Assembly: GCA_016748015.1 (NCBI GenBank)
Contig: JAAOMT010000777.1
Location: 477,393 to 541,392, forward strand
Length of the DNA: 64,000 nucleotides
From: Geosiphon pyriformis uo1
Lineage: Eukaryota; Fungi; Glomeromycota
Direction: 5' to 3'
Shown in pieces: positions 1 through 11,695 of the stretch (position 1 is its first letter; each line of letters begins with the position of its first letter). Both the position numbers and the translations under genes were made by a program. The notes beneath the pieces were generated by a model. That model saw nothing but the letters and a program-made list of their open reading frames with translations, was not told the origin of the DNA and did no database searches.

Positions 1-270
1 TCTATAATTAACTCTTGATATTGGATGACTTTTAATTGTGTTTCTATTGCCAATTTTACTTTTGTGATTATTTTGTCCACAGTGTTTTCTGTATTTCTTC
101 TTATTTTATCTTATGGTCTTTTTTTGGTGTTTATGTATTTGATAGTTTGTTGGTTGATTGTAATTTCCATTTCTTGTTGTTGGATTAGTTGAAAAAGTTG
201 TTGTGCTAGTGAATGAATGCTGTTAGTAATCTCTATTTTCTGTTGTCTTTTGTCACATATACTATGTCTT
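1..270 (-). pseudogene. ORF3 remnant (post-integrase ORF) of family A copy 1
   Basis: The reverse complement is homologous to 19363-19640 (e.g. QQEMEITINQQTIKY...ENTVDKIITKVKLAI); it runs off the window. Confidence 0.8.
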
Positions 271-578
271 TATATATTCTTTTGGTTATTTAATTTTACA
301 TGTTTGGTTTAATAATTATAATTGGTTCTAGATCTAATGAAATCTTATCTGGTTTGACTAGTATTCTCTGTACTCCTAATTGTGAAATATTACTGGTAGA
401 TAATAATGCTAGCTGGTAATATTGTTTTAGTTGATTACTATGTGCTGCTTTGGTTAAGATTTTGTTATTTAATCTTAATTTATAAGCTCTATTTCCAAGA
501 ATTTCTTCTATGTAAAATAGTCCATCCCATTTGGAGTCAAATTTTCCACTCTATTGTTTTTCTACTTTAGTATGATGT

Positions 579-1353
579 TGTTACTCATAAAATATAAGAA
601 GTATATTAGCATATAAATTAGCCAATTAGAAGTAGTCATAGTAAATGTGGAATTCCAGGATTTTTCTTAAGAGGAATTGCAGGATTCCAGGAATCTCAAG
701 ATTCTTGTATAAGGAATCATAGAATTTCAGAATTCCAAGATTCTTCTCAAAAGAAATTACAGGATTTTAGGAATTCCAGGATTCCTGGTGTGAAGAATTG
801 AGGAATTGAGAAATTTCAAATACATATATATAGCAGTAGTATTAGAAGTTAGAAAATCAGTCAATAGGACTCAAAATCAATTGATACTTAAAAACACTGG
901 AACAATAGCTCTTGATTATGGCTATTGACAAGATACTAACTTGCAATTACTTTTGTTTATTTTTTTACTTTTTTCTTTATTGTTTTTATTTTCTTTATTG
1001 TTTTGATTTTATTGTTGTGTACTAATTAATTGAGAATTAAAGCACTAAATTATTGACGTCACAGATAGCCTGGTAAAAGACTCAGAGATAAGAGTAAGAA
1101 TATATATATTAATGAATAGCTTACCAGAAGAGCACAACTGCCAGATTAAACCAGCCATTATGCTGAAAACAGAAATTGGGAAAACAACTTACCAACTACA
1201 TTATTATCAAATCTCTGTTTATTATACAAAAAACTCAACTCTAAAATTTTCAAATACAACCAATGTATCAATATTACCAGCATTATCAAGATATTAAGTA
1301 CCAAGTTATGAATTTGTTATTTAATTTGAAATCCCAAATAATCATCTATAACA
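579..1353 (+). repeat. 5' LTR of non-autonomous element
   Basis: TGTTACTCATAAAATAT...CATCTATAACA; direct repeat of 2524-2770 plus 3750-4484. Confidence 0.92.
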
Positions 1354-1355
1354 TT

Positions 1356-1373
1356 TGGTGCTCCCTGTGAGAT
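1356..1373 (+). promoter_or_regulatory. Primer binding site TGGTGCTCCCTGTGAGAT
   Basis: Immediately after the LTR. Complementary to a tRNA 3' end of type ...CUCACAGGGAGCACCA (elongator Met or Ile-like; identity not resolved). The same motif is at 21926-21943 (-), with a degenerate copy near 11639. Confidence 0.8.
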
Positions 1374-2509
1374 ATAATCCAACAGAGAATCAGCACCAGC
1401 AACAACCATGTAAAAAAGTGACAGACCAAGAGAAAACAAGAGAAAATTACTTAGGATTTGCAAAATCTTTATTTTATCATTATCTTTGAAAAACTCGTTA
1501 TATTGAAACTCCTATCATTCAAAACCTGATTATTAAAACCCCAAACATTCATTAAATTAAAACTTTATTTATTTGAAACCTGATAATTCCAACCCTACTA
1601 TCGTATAAAAAAACTTACCTTTGATAAAACTCGTTAAAACTCTGACCCAATAGTTCAAAACCCAAACATTTGAAACCCAATAATTTTAATCTCACTATTA
1701 CACAAAAGAACTTACCATTAATAAAACTTGTTAAATCTTTAGCAATTCAAACTTCAGGAATTATTCAAAAACCTGAACATTCAAAGTTCGATAAATTCCA
1801 AACACCACTATTGAACAAGGAAACTTACCTCAAATAAAACCTATTAAATCTCTAGAAATTCAAAACTCTGATTATTTAAAGATCTGATGAAAAAATTCTA
1901 GAAAAACTACTCAGATTCATACTTATCTGTACAAAAACTGTCTTTTTCCATGCCAAAAGTCAGTGTTGGGAAAGTGTCAATACAAAAAAGACTTGGAGAA
2001 GAAAAAGGAATTTGAGAATCAGCAATACCAAAATCGATCAACAAATCATCAAAACTCACTTAACAGTCCCAAGTTACAATCCACTTTCATGCATCATATA
2101 TTCGAACTCCAAGAAAGACGAGCCAATCAGCAAGAATTGGAATCAGAACTTAATCCCAATTTAAACTTTGCTAATAACAACAACAATTCAAACTCCGCTA
2201 AATGACAATGACAATTTAAACTCTGCCAACAATAATTCAAACTCTGTTTCAAACACCAAACAATATATTATGCTTTTAGATCTTACAATAGAGCAGGAAT
2301 TAATTAAATTTAGTGATAATAATAAGAGCATTATGTTTAAACATGCACATAATACAGATGCAAGATTTGAATGTGAATATTCTGGACAAATCACTATAGT
2401 TAAAAACTCCAGTCACATATAAAATTAGATATAAAAATAGCAATAAAAATTACAGCAACAACATTGATACAAAAGAGAAATTTAGAAGATTTCACAGAAG
2501 CTCAATATT

Positions 2510-2520
2510 AAAGGAGGGAA
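2510..2520 (+). promoter_or_regulatory. Polypurine tract AAAGGAGGGAA
   Basis: Directly upstream of the 3' LTR; matching tract at 20022-20033. Confidence 0.85.
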
Positions 2521-2523
2521 TAA

Positions 2524-4484
2524 TATTACTCATAAAATATAAGAAGTATATTAGCATATAAATTAGCCAATTAGAAGTAGCTGTAGTAAATGTAGAATTC
2601 CAGGATTCCTTTTAAGAGGAATTGCAGGATTCCAGAAATTTCAAGATTCTTGTATAAGGAATTATAGAATTCCAGAATTTTAGAATTCTTCTCAAAAGGA
2701 ATTACAGAATTCCAGGAATTCTAGGATTTCTGGTGTGAAAAATTAAGAAATTGAGAAATTTCAAATATGTTGTTACCAGATGAAATTAGAGATATTATTT
2801 AGCATGAAATTATCTTATAAATCCTATCATTAATTAGCATATTATCATTTCAAATTATCACTTATTACATTAGCAAAATGTCCAAAATTATCATTTAATT
2901 AATAACCCAATTTGTACACAACACAAATGTAACCTAATTGCAATAATCAAATCATGTAATACCCTGAACTATGTAACATTCAAAAGTTTGCCGAAATTTG
3001 TAGAAATTCACCAAAATAATTGATAGTTTACCGAAATATCTAATAGTTTGCAGAAATAACTTGTAGTTCGCCAAAATGTATCTTTAGTTCAGCGAAATTA
3101 TAGAAAATACCAAAGTTTAAGTTCATAGAATAGTGTTATAACAAGTTGTATAAAAGAAGAGCTTCTCTCTTTGAGAAAATGTATCTTATTTTAGATTTAT
3201 CTCTTAAAACCATTCCTACACACACAAAAAGAAATAAATATCAAATAATTCAAAAAAACCAAATTCTTTAATTATTGTACTTGGAAAATCCCCAAAACCC
3301 AACTAACATTTCGAAATTGATTAGCTACCAATTTCAGTAAACTGTTAGTGACTCCAGGCCTGGATAGAAAACGTTTCTCTTGACAAAAATTCTATTTCTT
3401 TTACATTTCTTTTATTTTTCTTTTATTTTCTTATTACAATCATTAGAGTAGCCTACAGACAAGATTCCTGTAGAAGAGTTGACTTTCACAGCAAAGTAAC
3501 TATACATTTTAGTAAGCTTCCAGATGAGCAATTTCTGGAAAAGAGTTGACATTTACTACAACGTAATTACATAAAGTAACTGGTAAGAAATTGGCCATTC
3601 TACTTATAAGCCCAGCAGTTCAAATTATAGGAGATAATTTGAAGTTAAAATTCAGTTACTGGAGGTTCAACCACATCCAAAAAACGTGAATTTACAGCAA
3701 ACAAGTATCAACAACATTACAGAAAAGAGACCAAAAACCTCCAGTAACAATGTATATATAGCAGTAGTATCAGAAGTTAGAAAATCAATCAATAGGACTC
3801 AAAGTCAATTGATTCACAGAGTCAATTAGACTCACAGAATCAATTAGACTCACAAATCATAATTATTAAAAATACAAAAAAAAGAATTCTTTAGTTAGAG
3901 ACCTCTCAGTTTAGATTTGATTTAAGCAATCTTCTATTCACAAATATTAAATAAATAATTATTCACTATTTCAATCCATTCTCCACTATCAACATTTCAT
4001 GTTGATAGCAATTAATACTTAAAAACACTAGAACAATAGCTTTTGATCATGGCTATTGACAGAATACTAACTTGCAATTGCTTTTGTTTATTTCTTTACC
4101 TTTTTCTTTATTGTTTTTATTTTCTTTCTTGTTTTGATTTTATTGTTGTTTACTAATTGATTGAGGATTAAAGCACTGAATTATTGACATTACAGATAGC
4201 CTGGTAAAAGACCCAGAAATAAGGGTAAGAATATATATATTAACGGATAGCTTACTAGAAAGACACAACTGCCAGATTAAACTGGCCACCACGCTAAAAA
4301 CAGAAATTGAGAAAACAACTCACCAACCATATCGTCATTAAATTTTTGTCTATTATACAAAAAACTCAACTCTAAAACCTTCAAATACAACCAATGTACC
4401 AGTATTACCAGCATTATTAAGATATTGAGCACCAAGTTACAGATTTGTTATTTGATTTGAGACCTCAAATAATCATCTGTAACA
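2524..4484 (+). repeat. 3' LTR of non-autonomous element, interrupted by a solo LTR at 2771-3749
   Basis: Starts TATTACTCATAAAATAT (TG>TA) and ends CATCTGTAACA; matches 579-1353. Confidence 0.9.
2771..3749 (+). mobile_element. Solo LTR, Gypsy family B
   Basis: TGTTACCAGATGAAATTAG...CCAGTAACA, flanked by TSD ATGT (2767-2770, 3750-3753); homologous to the reverse complement of 55337-56326. Confidence 0.92.
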
Positions 4485-5613
4485 ATGTAGAAGTACTTTG
4501 TTTCCAATCTTAAATTCAACTGGTTTCTCTGATAGTTGGTTATCATGTCTTTTTTTTTGTTTTTCTTGTAACTTTTAAATATTATTAGCTGTTCTTCTCT
4601 ATGTGTTTTCTAATGTCTCCATTAAGTTATATGTTTTTTTCAACAATGTTCTTTGAAAATTTTCTTCTGTTATTGATTCTGTTAAATATGTCTTGACTTC
4701 TATCTTAACTGGTAATGTTGCTGTTCTACTGTATACTAATTCGAATGATGTTGTTTATGTAGTGTCTTGCTTCATTGTCTGATAAGCAAATAACACCAAT
4801 GATATAATCAAATCTCATTTATTCTGGTTTTTTTAGCTGATTTTGGCAATGGTTTCACACAATATTCTGTTGAACCTCTTAACTAACCTATTTGTTTGTG
4901 AATGGTATGATGATAATAATGGTCTTTTTATCTCAAATCTTTGACTTAATTCTGCTAGTGTTTTCTTCACAAAGTGAGTTCCTTAATCTGATAGTAGTTC
5001 TTTTGGACATCTGTGTTGACAAATCAAATCTTGATAAACAAATTTGGCAATGGATTCTGCATCTGCTCTTTGAATTGCTTTTGCTTCTGGCCATTTTGTG
5101 AAATAATTCATGGCTACTGCAATATATCTGTTGCCTCTGCTGGTTATTGTTAATGATCCAACTAAGTTAATTCTAATATGATTAAATGGTTGTTTCACTT
5201 TGATTGGTCTCAATGGTTCACTGGGTTTTATTCTACCTCTTCTTTAACAAGCATTACAATTTTGAACATATTGAATAATGTCTGAATATATTGATGGCCA
5301 ATAGTATTTTTTTCTGGTTTTTTCCATGGTTGCTTCTTTGTAAAAATGTCCTGCTGTTGAATCTAAGTGATGTTAAATAATATTGTTTCTTTTTTCAGTT
5401 CTGTGATTACTCTAGTTAGTTGATCTGGATTCTTTCTGTTTTTTTGGTAAAGTATATTTTGGTAATTAATAAAATATTTTGATTGTTGTTTTATGTTGTT
5501 TTGTTCTTTTTAAAATAATTTCTTCTTGAACAATTAGGTATTTATATAATGTTGAAGTTGTTGGTATTTTTGGATATTCATGTTTTGTTATATTTTTGGA
5601 TTGAAATGTTTTT

Positions 5614-8600
5614 TTAGATTTGTCTCATTTATAACAAACCATCAACATTTCTATTGTCTTTTCCCTTTTTATAATGTATTATAAATGTATATAATGATAG
5701 TGCTATTTTCCATCTTGCATGGTAATCATCTCCAAATTCTTGCTTCTGGATTGAAGTCAATTCTTTGTAATCAGTATATACATCAAACTTTTGACTTAAG
5801 TATTTTTTCCATTTAATAACAGTCTAATAGATAGCTAAGTGTTCCAGTGCTAGAGTTCTATAGTTTTTTTCAGCTGAATTTAAGCTTCTACTGGTATAAG
5901 CTATTGAATGTTTTCTTCTATTTGGTCTTCTCTGTAATAGTACTGCTCCTAATGCTTGGCCTGATGTATCAGTGGTAATAATAAATGGTTTGCTGTGATT
6001 TGGATACATCAACACTGGATCTTGAATAAACTTTCTTCTCAGTGTGTCAAATGCTTCTTGTTGAGCTTCTGTCCATTTATACTTTATATTCTTAGTTTGT
6101 AAATGATGAAATGGCTGGGCCAGTTTAGAAAAGTTCTTAATAAAATGGCAATAATATTCTGCAAATCCCATAAATGTTCTTAGTTTTGTCAAGTTGGTTG
6201 ATACTGGAAAGTTTTTTACTATTGCAATCTTATATAAATTCATTTTGATACTGTTTTTGCTTACAACATGTTCCAAAAACTTGAGTTCTGTTTTTCCAAA
6301 GAAGTATTTGTTGGCATTTAGTTTCAATCCTGCTCATTTAAGTCTTTCAAATACTTGTTGGAAATGATACAAATGATCATCAAATGTTTTTGAGAACACA
6401 TTGGTGTTATCCAAATATACAACTACTGATTTCCATAATAGTCTAGTATAGACAATTTTCATAAGTTTCTGAAACATAGCTGGAGCATTCATTAAGTCAA
6501 ATGGCATAACTTCGAATTCAAAATTCTCTTCTTATGTTATAAAAGCTGTTTTTTCTTTATCTTCTGGCTTTATGACTACTTGCCAGTAACCACTGTCTAA
6601 GTTCAAAGTTGAAAACCATTTTTTTCCTCCAAAAGCATCAAACAGTTTTTGGATCTTTGGAGTCAGGTAGCTATCATCTTTGGTTATTCCATTCAGTTTT
6701 CAATAATCCACACAAAAATGGATCTTTCTATTCTTCTTTCAGACTAGTACCATTGGTAATGACTATGGGCTTATTGATGATTGAATTAACCTGTTGTTAA
6801 GCATCCGATTAATTTCTTGATGAATGATTTCATGGCTGGCTGGTGATACTCTGTATGCTCTTTGTTTAATTGGCATCACATCTCCAGTTTTAATTTGATG
6901 TTAGATAATGTCAGTTCTGCCAAATTTATTTTCACTGGCAAAGATATCATTGAAATTGTTAAGTAACATCTTGAGCTGCATACATTGTAGTGGGTCTAGA
7001 TTTCCCAAGTTCATCTGTTTCAATTGTTCTGGTTAGAGCAGATAGCATTTTTCTCATCCATATATTGTTTGTGATGTAATATCCACATATCTACACAATT
7101 GTGGAAAATCTGGAATAGTATCTGGTAGTTGATCTTCAATTTTGGTGGTTAAATGTCCAATGGTAGTTTCTTTTGGTATCTTGATAATATTTTCTATGTT
7201 GTTGTAAATAGAAATTTTAATGTGATTGTGGTTTTTAGCTGGTATATGTAAATTGACTAATCCAATTTTTTTTGATTCACAAAGTGTTGCTTCTGTCTCA
7301 AAAATCTGAACCTGATCCTTTATTTTTCTTTCTATGACTACTATGTACTGGTCATATGGTGGAATAGAAATTGGTTGATGAGTGGAGATAATTTCTCTCT
7401 TGTCAACAATTTCTTCCTTTGCCATATTAACTGGTATATCTATTTTATCCATTGATTCAAAACTCTGTATCTCTCTAGCTGTAATCCCTAATTCTTTCCT
7501 GTTTTCTATTGAGATTAGTTAAGCTATTTTAACCAGAGGCAGGAATATTGTCTGTGCTATCTTTTTATTTGGCTTTATAATATAGGCTTTTTCTGAGTCA
7601 TTTTGTAGCATAGCAATGATATTTCTTACATATCCTGCATCAATTATTCTTTCCTTGATATTGATTCCTTTTTTTGCTAAGCTATTCCTAGATGCTAGTT
7701 GAACCATTGTTGTTGCAGAGATTTCTAATGTTATTTTGAGATCAATGCATGTACGTGAATATGGTTCTAATTTGATGGTCTTTTTCTCTAAATATCTCAT
7801 ATCAAACTTTACATCTGTATCATGCATATGTTTTGGCATGAGACCTTTATTGTTGTTACTATACCATTTAAGTTCTTGCTTTTTGGAAAGATTAGGAAGT
7901 ACAATATATGTTTCGGGGTTTGAATTGGAGTCCAAATCACTATTATTTTCTTTGCCATATTGAGCAGAGCTGGAACCATTGTTTTTGTTATCATCATTGT
8001 CAGAGTTTGAATCAGAATTGAGAATTGATTCCAATTCTGATGTGCAGCTATTGATTGGTTCTTTTTCCTCTGGTATTGTGTAAATCATACATGGTAGAGG
8101 ATTGTAAATGAGGTCACACTCATTACAATATTGAAAGTCACATGGAATTAGGCAGTGTTGACACAGTCGAGTGTTCAGCTGTTCTAAGCATTGCTCTTGC
8201 TCTTCCCTTGTGAGCACTAACTTTTGGTAGTGTTGGTGAAATTGTTATGGATCCAGAAGGTTTATAACTGGTTCTGGGTCCCAGTTAAGCTCTATGGATT
8301 CAAATGAGTTATTTTTGATTGTTCTTATTTCTTCTAGTGACACTCCTTCGATTTTGGCGAGAGCCATTCACCAAATTTCATCATTATTGTGTGGACAGCC
8401 ATCCAGATGTTGAACTGTTTGTCTTCAAGCAGTGTCTATGGGTGTTCTCTTTCTTACCCAGTTGCTTATGAGAATTGTGTACTAACATAATTTGTCGTAC
8501 ATTCTTCCTTTTCCAGGAATGTTGTTCTATATTCCTTCATTGAGAAAAGTTTCTCCACAAGCCAAGCATAGCTTATTATCCTATTTTCCAACTTGTTTTG

Positions 8601-9550
8601 GTCTTCCAAAGTGGTCAATAAGACATGAACAGCAATAGAACTTAGTTGCCATCTGGTATTCCTTATTGTTATTACAGCATGTGCCCATTAATAACAACTT
8701 CTTGCCACAATTGACGCATACTAGTTTTAGATGGCGATAGTTAGATGATTGTGGTGGAGTATATGTGTATGAGGTATAAATGACAGTAGTAATTAGTATT
8801 AGTTCTTTTTCTTTCCTTTTTTTTTTTCCTTTTGTATTTTCTTCTTACTTCCAATTTATTAGCTCTTTTTGGTTGTTGTTGGTTCCCCAAGCTGGGTCAG
8901 AATTCCAGATAGGTTCTTTTTTTTTCTTTCCTTTCTCATTGTCATTCCACAAAAGTATCAGTGGTAACTTGTTGTGGTCTTTATTGGCCCAAAAAACTTG
9001 GTAGGCTTCTCAGATAGGTTTCTTCTCTTTTTTCTCAAACTTGATAAGTGGTGCTGTTGTGTTGGTGGTTTTAAAATGGCCACATATGATTGGTACACAT
9101 GTGTGTTGACCATTTTGGCTGAGTTAGAGCTCTTGTGTGTTTCAATCAAGCATCACATTAGTTTTGAACAGCCAATTGTTATCAACAAGTGCTTGGTATT
9201 GAGTTGCTTCCATGACCAATACTTTGATTGGCATAATAATGCTGTTGACTTCTATAGGTAGGTTATCTATTTCATCAATTGAAGTCTTAGTGGCTCCATC
9301 AGCTGTAATTATCCTTGTACTGGCAGCTCAATCAACTCAGCAACCTAATTGGTCCATAAGCTGTCTTGTGATGATGCTGTCAGCTGATTCATTATCTAGG
9401 ATCAGTTTGATATAATAACCATCAACTTTGGCATTAGTGTACATCACCGTAATGAGTTTTTCCTCAAGAGTGGCTCTACTAAACAAAGATGTTTCAGATG
9501 ATTCTTTAATTTCAAAGAGGAATATAGCTGTGAGTAACTCGTCTTTCATA
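5614..9550 (-). pseudogene. pol remnant of family A copy 1 (protease, Cys-rich domain, dUTPase, RT, RNase H)
   Basis: ORF fragments 9337-9549 (PR), 7519-8217 (CQHCLIPCDFQYCNEC plus dUTPase motifs ASRNSLAKKG, IIDAGY, KIAQ) and 5824-6327 (RT thumb/RNase H, ITTDTSGQALGAVL); many premature stops. Confidence 0.9.
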
Positions 9551-10799
9551 ACAGTGGCTGGTAGAATGTTGCTGGTAAGTGTTGATTATTGGTTGGTTTC
9601 TGGGTTATTGGGTTGGGCATCTTTTGGGGTAACCAGAAGACTTAAATAGTGTTGGGAATTCAGATTTTGGGTGTGCCCAGTTCCTAAATTCTGAGAATGT
9701 AATCCTGTTGGTTGGTGGAAGGAGCTGGAAATTGGTTGGTGAACAACTATTGCTGATCTCCAATTTTGAGTGACTCTTGATCTAGGATTTTCTGATGTTA
9801 TCTGAGCTGGATTTAATGAAAGTGTTTGAACTACAGGTGTTTAATAAATTATTTGTGGCTGTGGTAGTTGATATATTACTTGTGGCAGTAATTGATAAAT
9901 TGATAATTGATATCTGTGTAGTTAATATATTGGCTGCTGCATCATTGGCAGATAAGTAAACTGATGTTGGTTTTGATTTAAGTAATAATTCAGAATATGA
10001 ATGCTGTGATCAGGGTTTCGATATTAATTTCCCAATTGTAGGTTACTATAAAAATAGCAGTTAGCTCGAATATGATTTTGTTTACCACAGTGGTGGCAGA
10101 CATGTGTTTCTGGCTGCCACAGCTGATTGGATGATGATGATGGACATGACTGATTTTGGAAACAATTTGCATTTTCTGAATTATTGGGTCATTGTAATAG
10201 TTGATAAATTGTGCAATTGTCAGCTAAGTATTCCTCAATTTTCTGATTGATCAAATTACAGAATTGCTTTAGTTTGGAATTCAAGTCAGATAATCCATTT
10301 ATTACTAGATTTACAGCTTGGGCATGATTAGCTTCTAATTCAGCTGATTCAAAATCTCTAGTGTGTGTAACTGCATCTTGTAAGTTGACTAAATGTAGTG
10401 GCCATATGTGTTACAGAATGGTACTGTGTAATCTGTGAATAAACTGATTCAAGATCTGGGTTACAGTGAAATAATTGACATCAATGATTTGTATTTGGTG
10501 CAAATTTTGATGAAAACCTCCCAAGTAAATGGTGACTGCTTTAGTATCTCTCTGTTTAATGATGGTGAAGATATTTGCTAAATGATTAATACTATTATTA
10601 TTGCTGAAGTATTGTAAGAATACAAGCTTAAATGCATTGAAATCCTGATGTTTGTTGGCTAAGCTTTAATACTATGAATCAGCAGTATCCTGAAAAAAAT
10701 AAGAGATGGCTTATATGGCTCTGGCATTGTTCCATCTATTGGCTGTAATGGCTTTTTTCACATTGTTTAGCCATACTTGTGCATCATTTTTTTTGTCAG

Positions 10800-11636
10800 T
10801 GTTACTCATAGAATATAGAAAATATAGTATTATTAGTCAGTAAATATTAGCCAATAGAATGTAGACGTAGTAAATGTGGAATTCCAAGATTCCTCTCAAA
10901 GAAATTGCAGAATTCCAGGAATTTCAGAATTCTCCGACAAGGAATCACAGGATTTCAGTTGCAAGGAATTGAGGAATTAAGGAATCTTAAATATGTATAT
11001 ATAGCAATAATATTAGAAACAGAAAAGACAGAATTGACACCAAGAATTCTTAGCCTAGTTACCACAATCCTCAAATAAAATAATTATTCATTATATTAAA
11101 TTCCTTCCTCACTATCAACACTTCATGTTGATAGTAACTGATACTTAACCATATTGGAACAATAGCTCTTGATCATGGCTATTGATGGGATACGAATCAG
11201 AATTGCCTTGGTTTATTTGCTTTATTTCATATTCTTTGCTTTTTTTCTTTTCTTTTCTTTTCTTTTCTTTTCTTTTCTATCTTTGTTTTGTTGTTGTATA
11301 CTAATTAATTAAGAATTAAAAGCACTGAGTTATTGACATCACGGATAGTCTGGTAAAAGACCTAGAAATAAGAGTAGAATTTTATATATTATTGGATAGC
11401 TTACCAGAAAAGCACGACTACCAGAATAAATCCAGCCTCCACGCTGAGAAAAAAATTGGACGGAATTGTGATTCTGAAGACTATTACAATTACAATTGAA
11501 TCTCTGTTCATTATACAAAGAACTCAACCCAAACCTTCAGATTACCAATACCAACATCAACAGAAATCAATAGCTTTTGAGCACCAAGTTATGGGTTTGT
11601 TATTTATTCTCACACCAAAAATAATCACCTGTAATA
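10800..11636 (+). repeat. 5' LTR of copy 2
   Basis: TGTTACTCATAG...CACCTGTAATA; direct repeat of 20037-20930. Confidence 0.93.
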
Positions 11637-11695
11637 TTTAATGCTTCTTGTGAGGTATAATCCTACAGAGAACTAGCACCAACAATCAACTAAAA

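Larger units (their letters stand above)
579..4484 (+). mobile_element. Non-autonomous LTR element (family A internal-deletion derivative, TRIM/LARD-like)
   Basis: LTRs at 579-1353 and 2524-4484, PBS, PPT, perfect 4-bp TSD ATGT (575-578, 4485-4488). The ~1170-bp interior holds only gag 5' remnants, a dUTPase N-terminal fragment and the last codons of ORF3. Confidence 0.9.
300..5581 (-). pseudogene. Integrase of family A copy 1, split by the 579-4484 insertion
   Basis: Own ATG at 5581 (MNIQKYQQLQHY), H2C2 region, rve core (QPFNHIRINLVG...FTKWPEAKAI...ELLSD), and C-terminal KVLLHH|TKVEKQ.SGK..WDG split at 578/4485. Confidence 0.88.

Noticed and set aside
1112-1297. Short ORFs inside LTRs (also 11339-11641, 20617-20995)
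   Set aside because: They recur only because the LTR is repeated; no recognisable domain and inconsistent ends between copies.
2984-3115. Repeat-spacer pattern resembling a mini CRISPR array
   Set aside because: Units are ~13 bp with 7-8 bp spacers, sit inside a eukaryotic LTR present twice in the window, and no cas genes are present.
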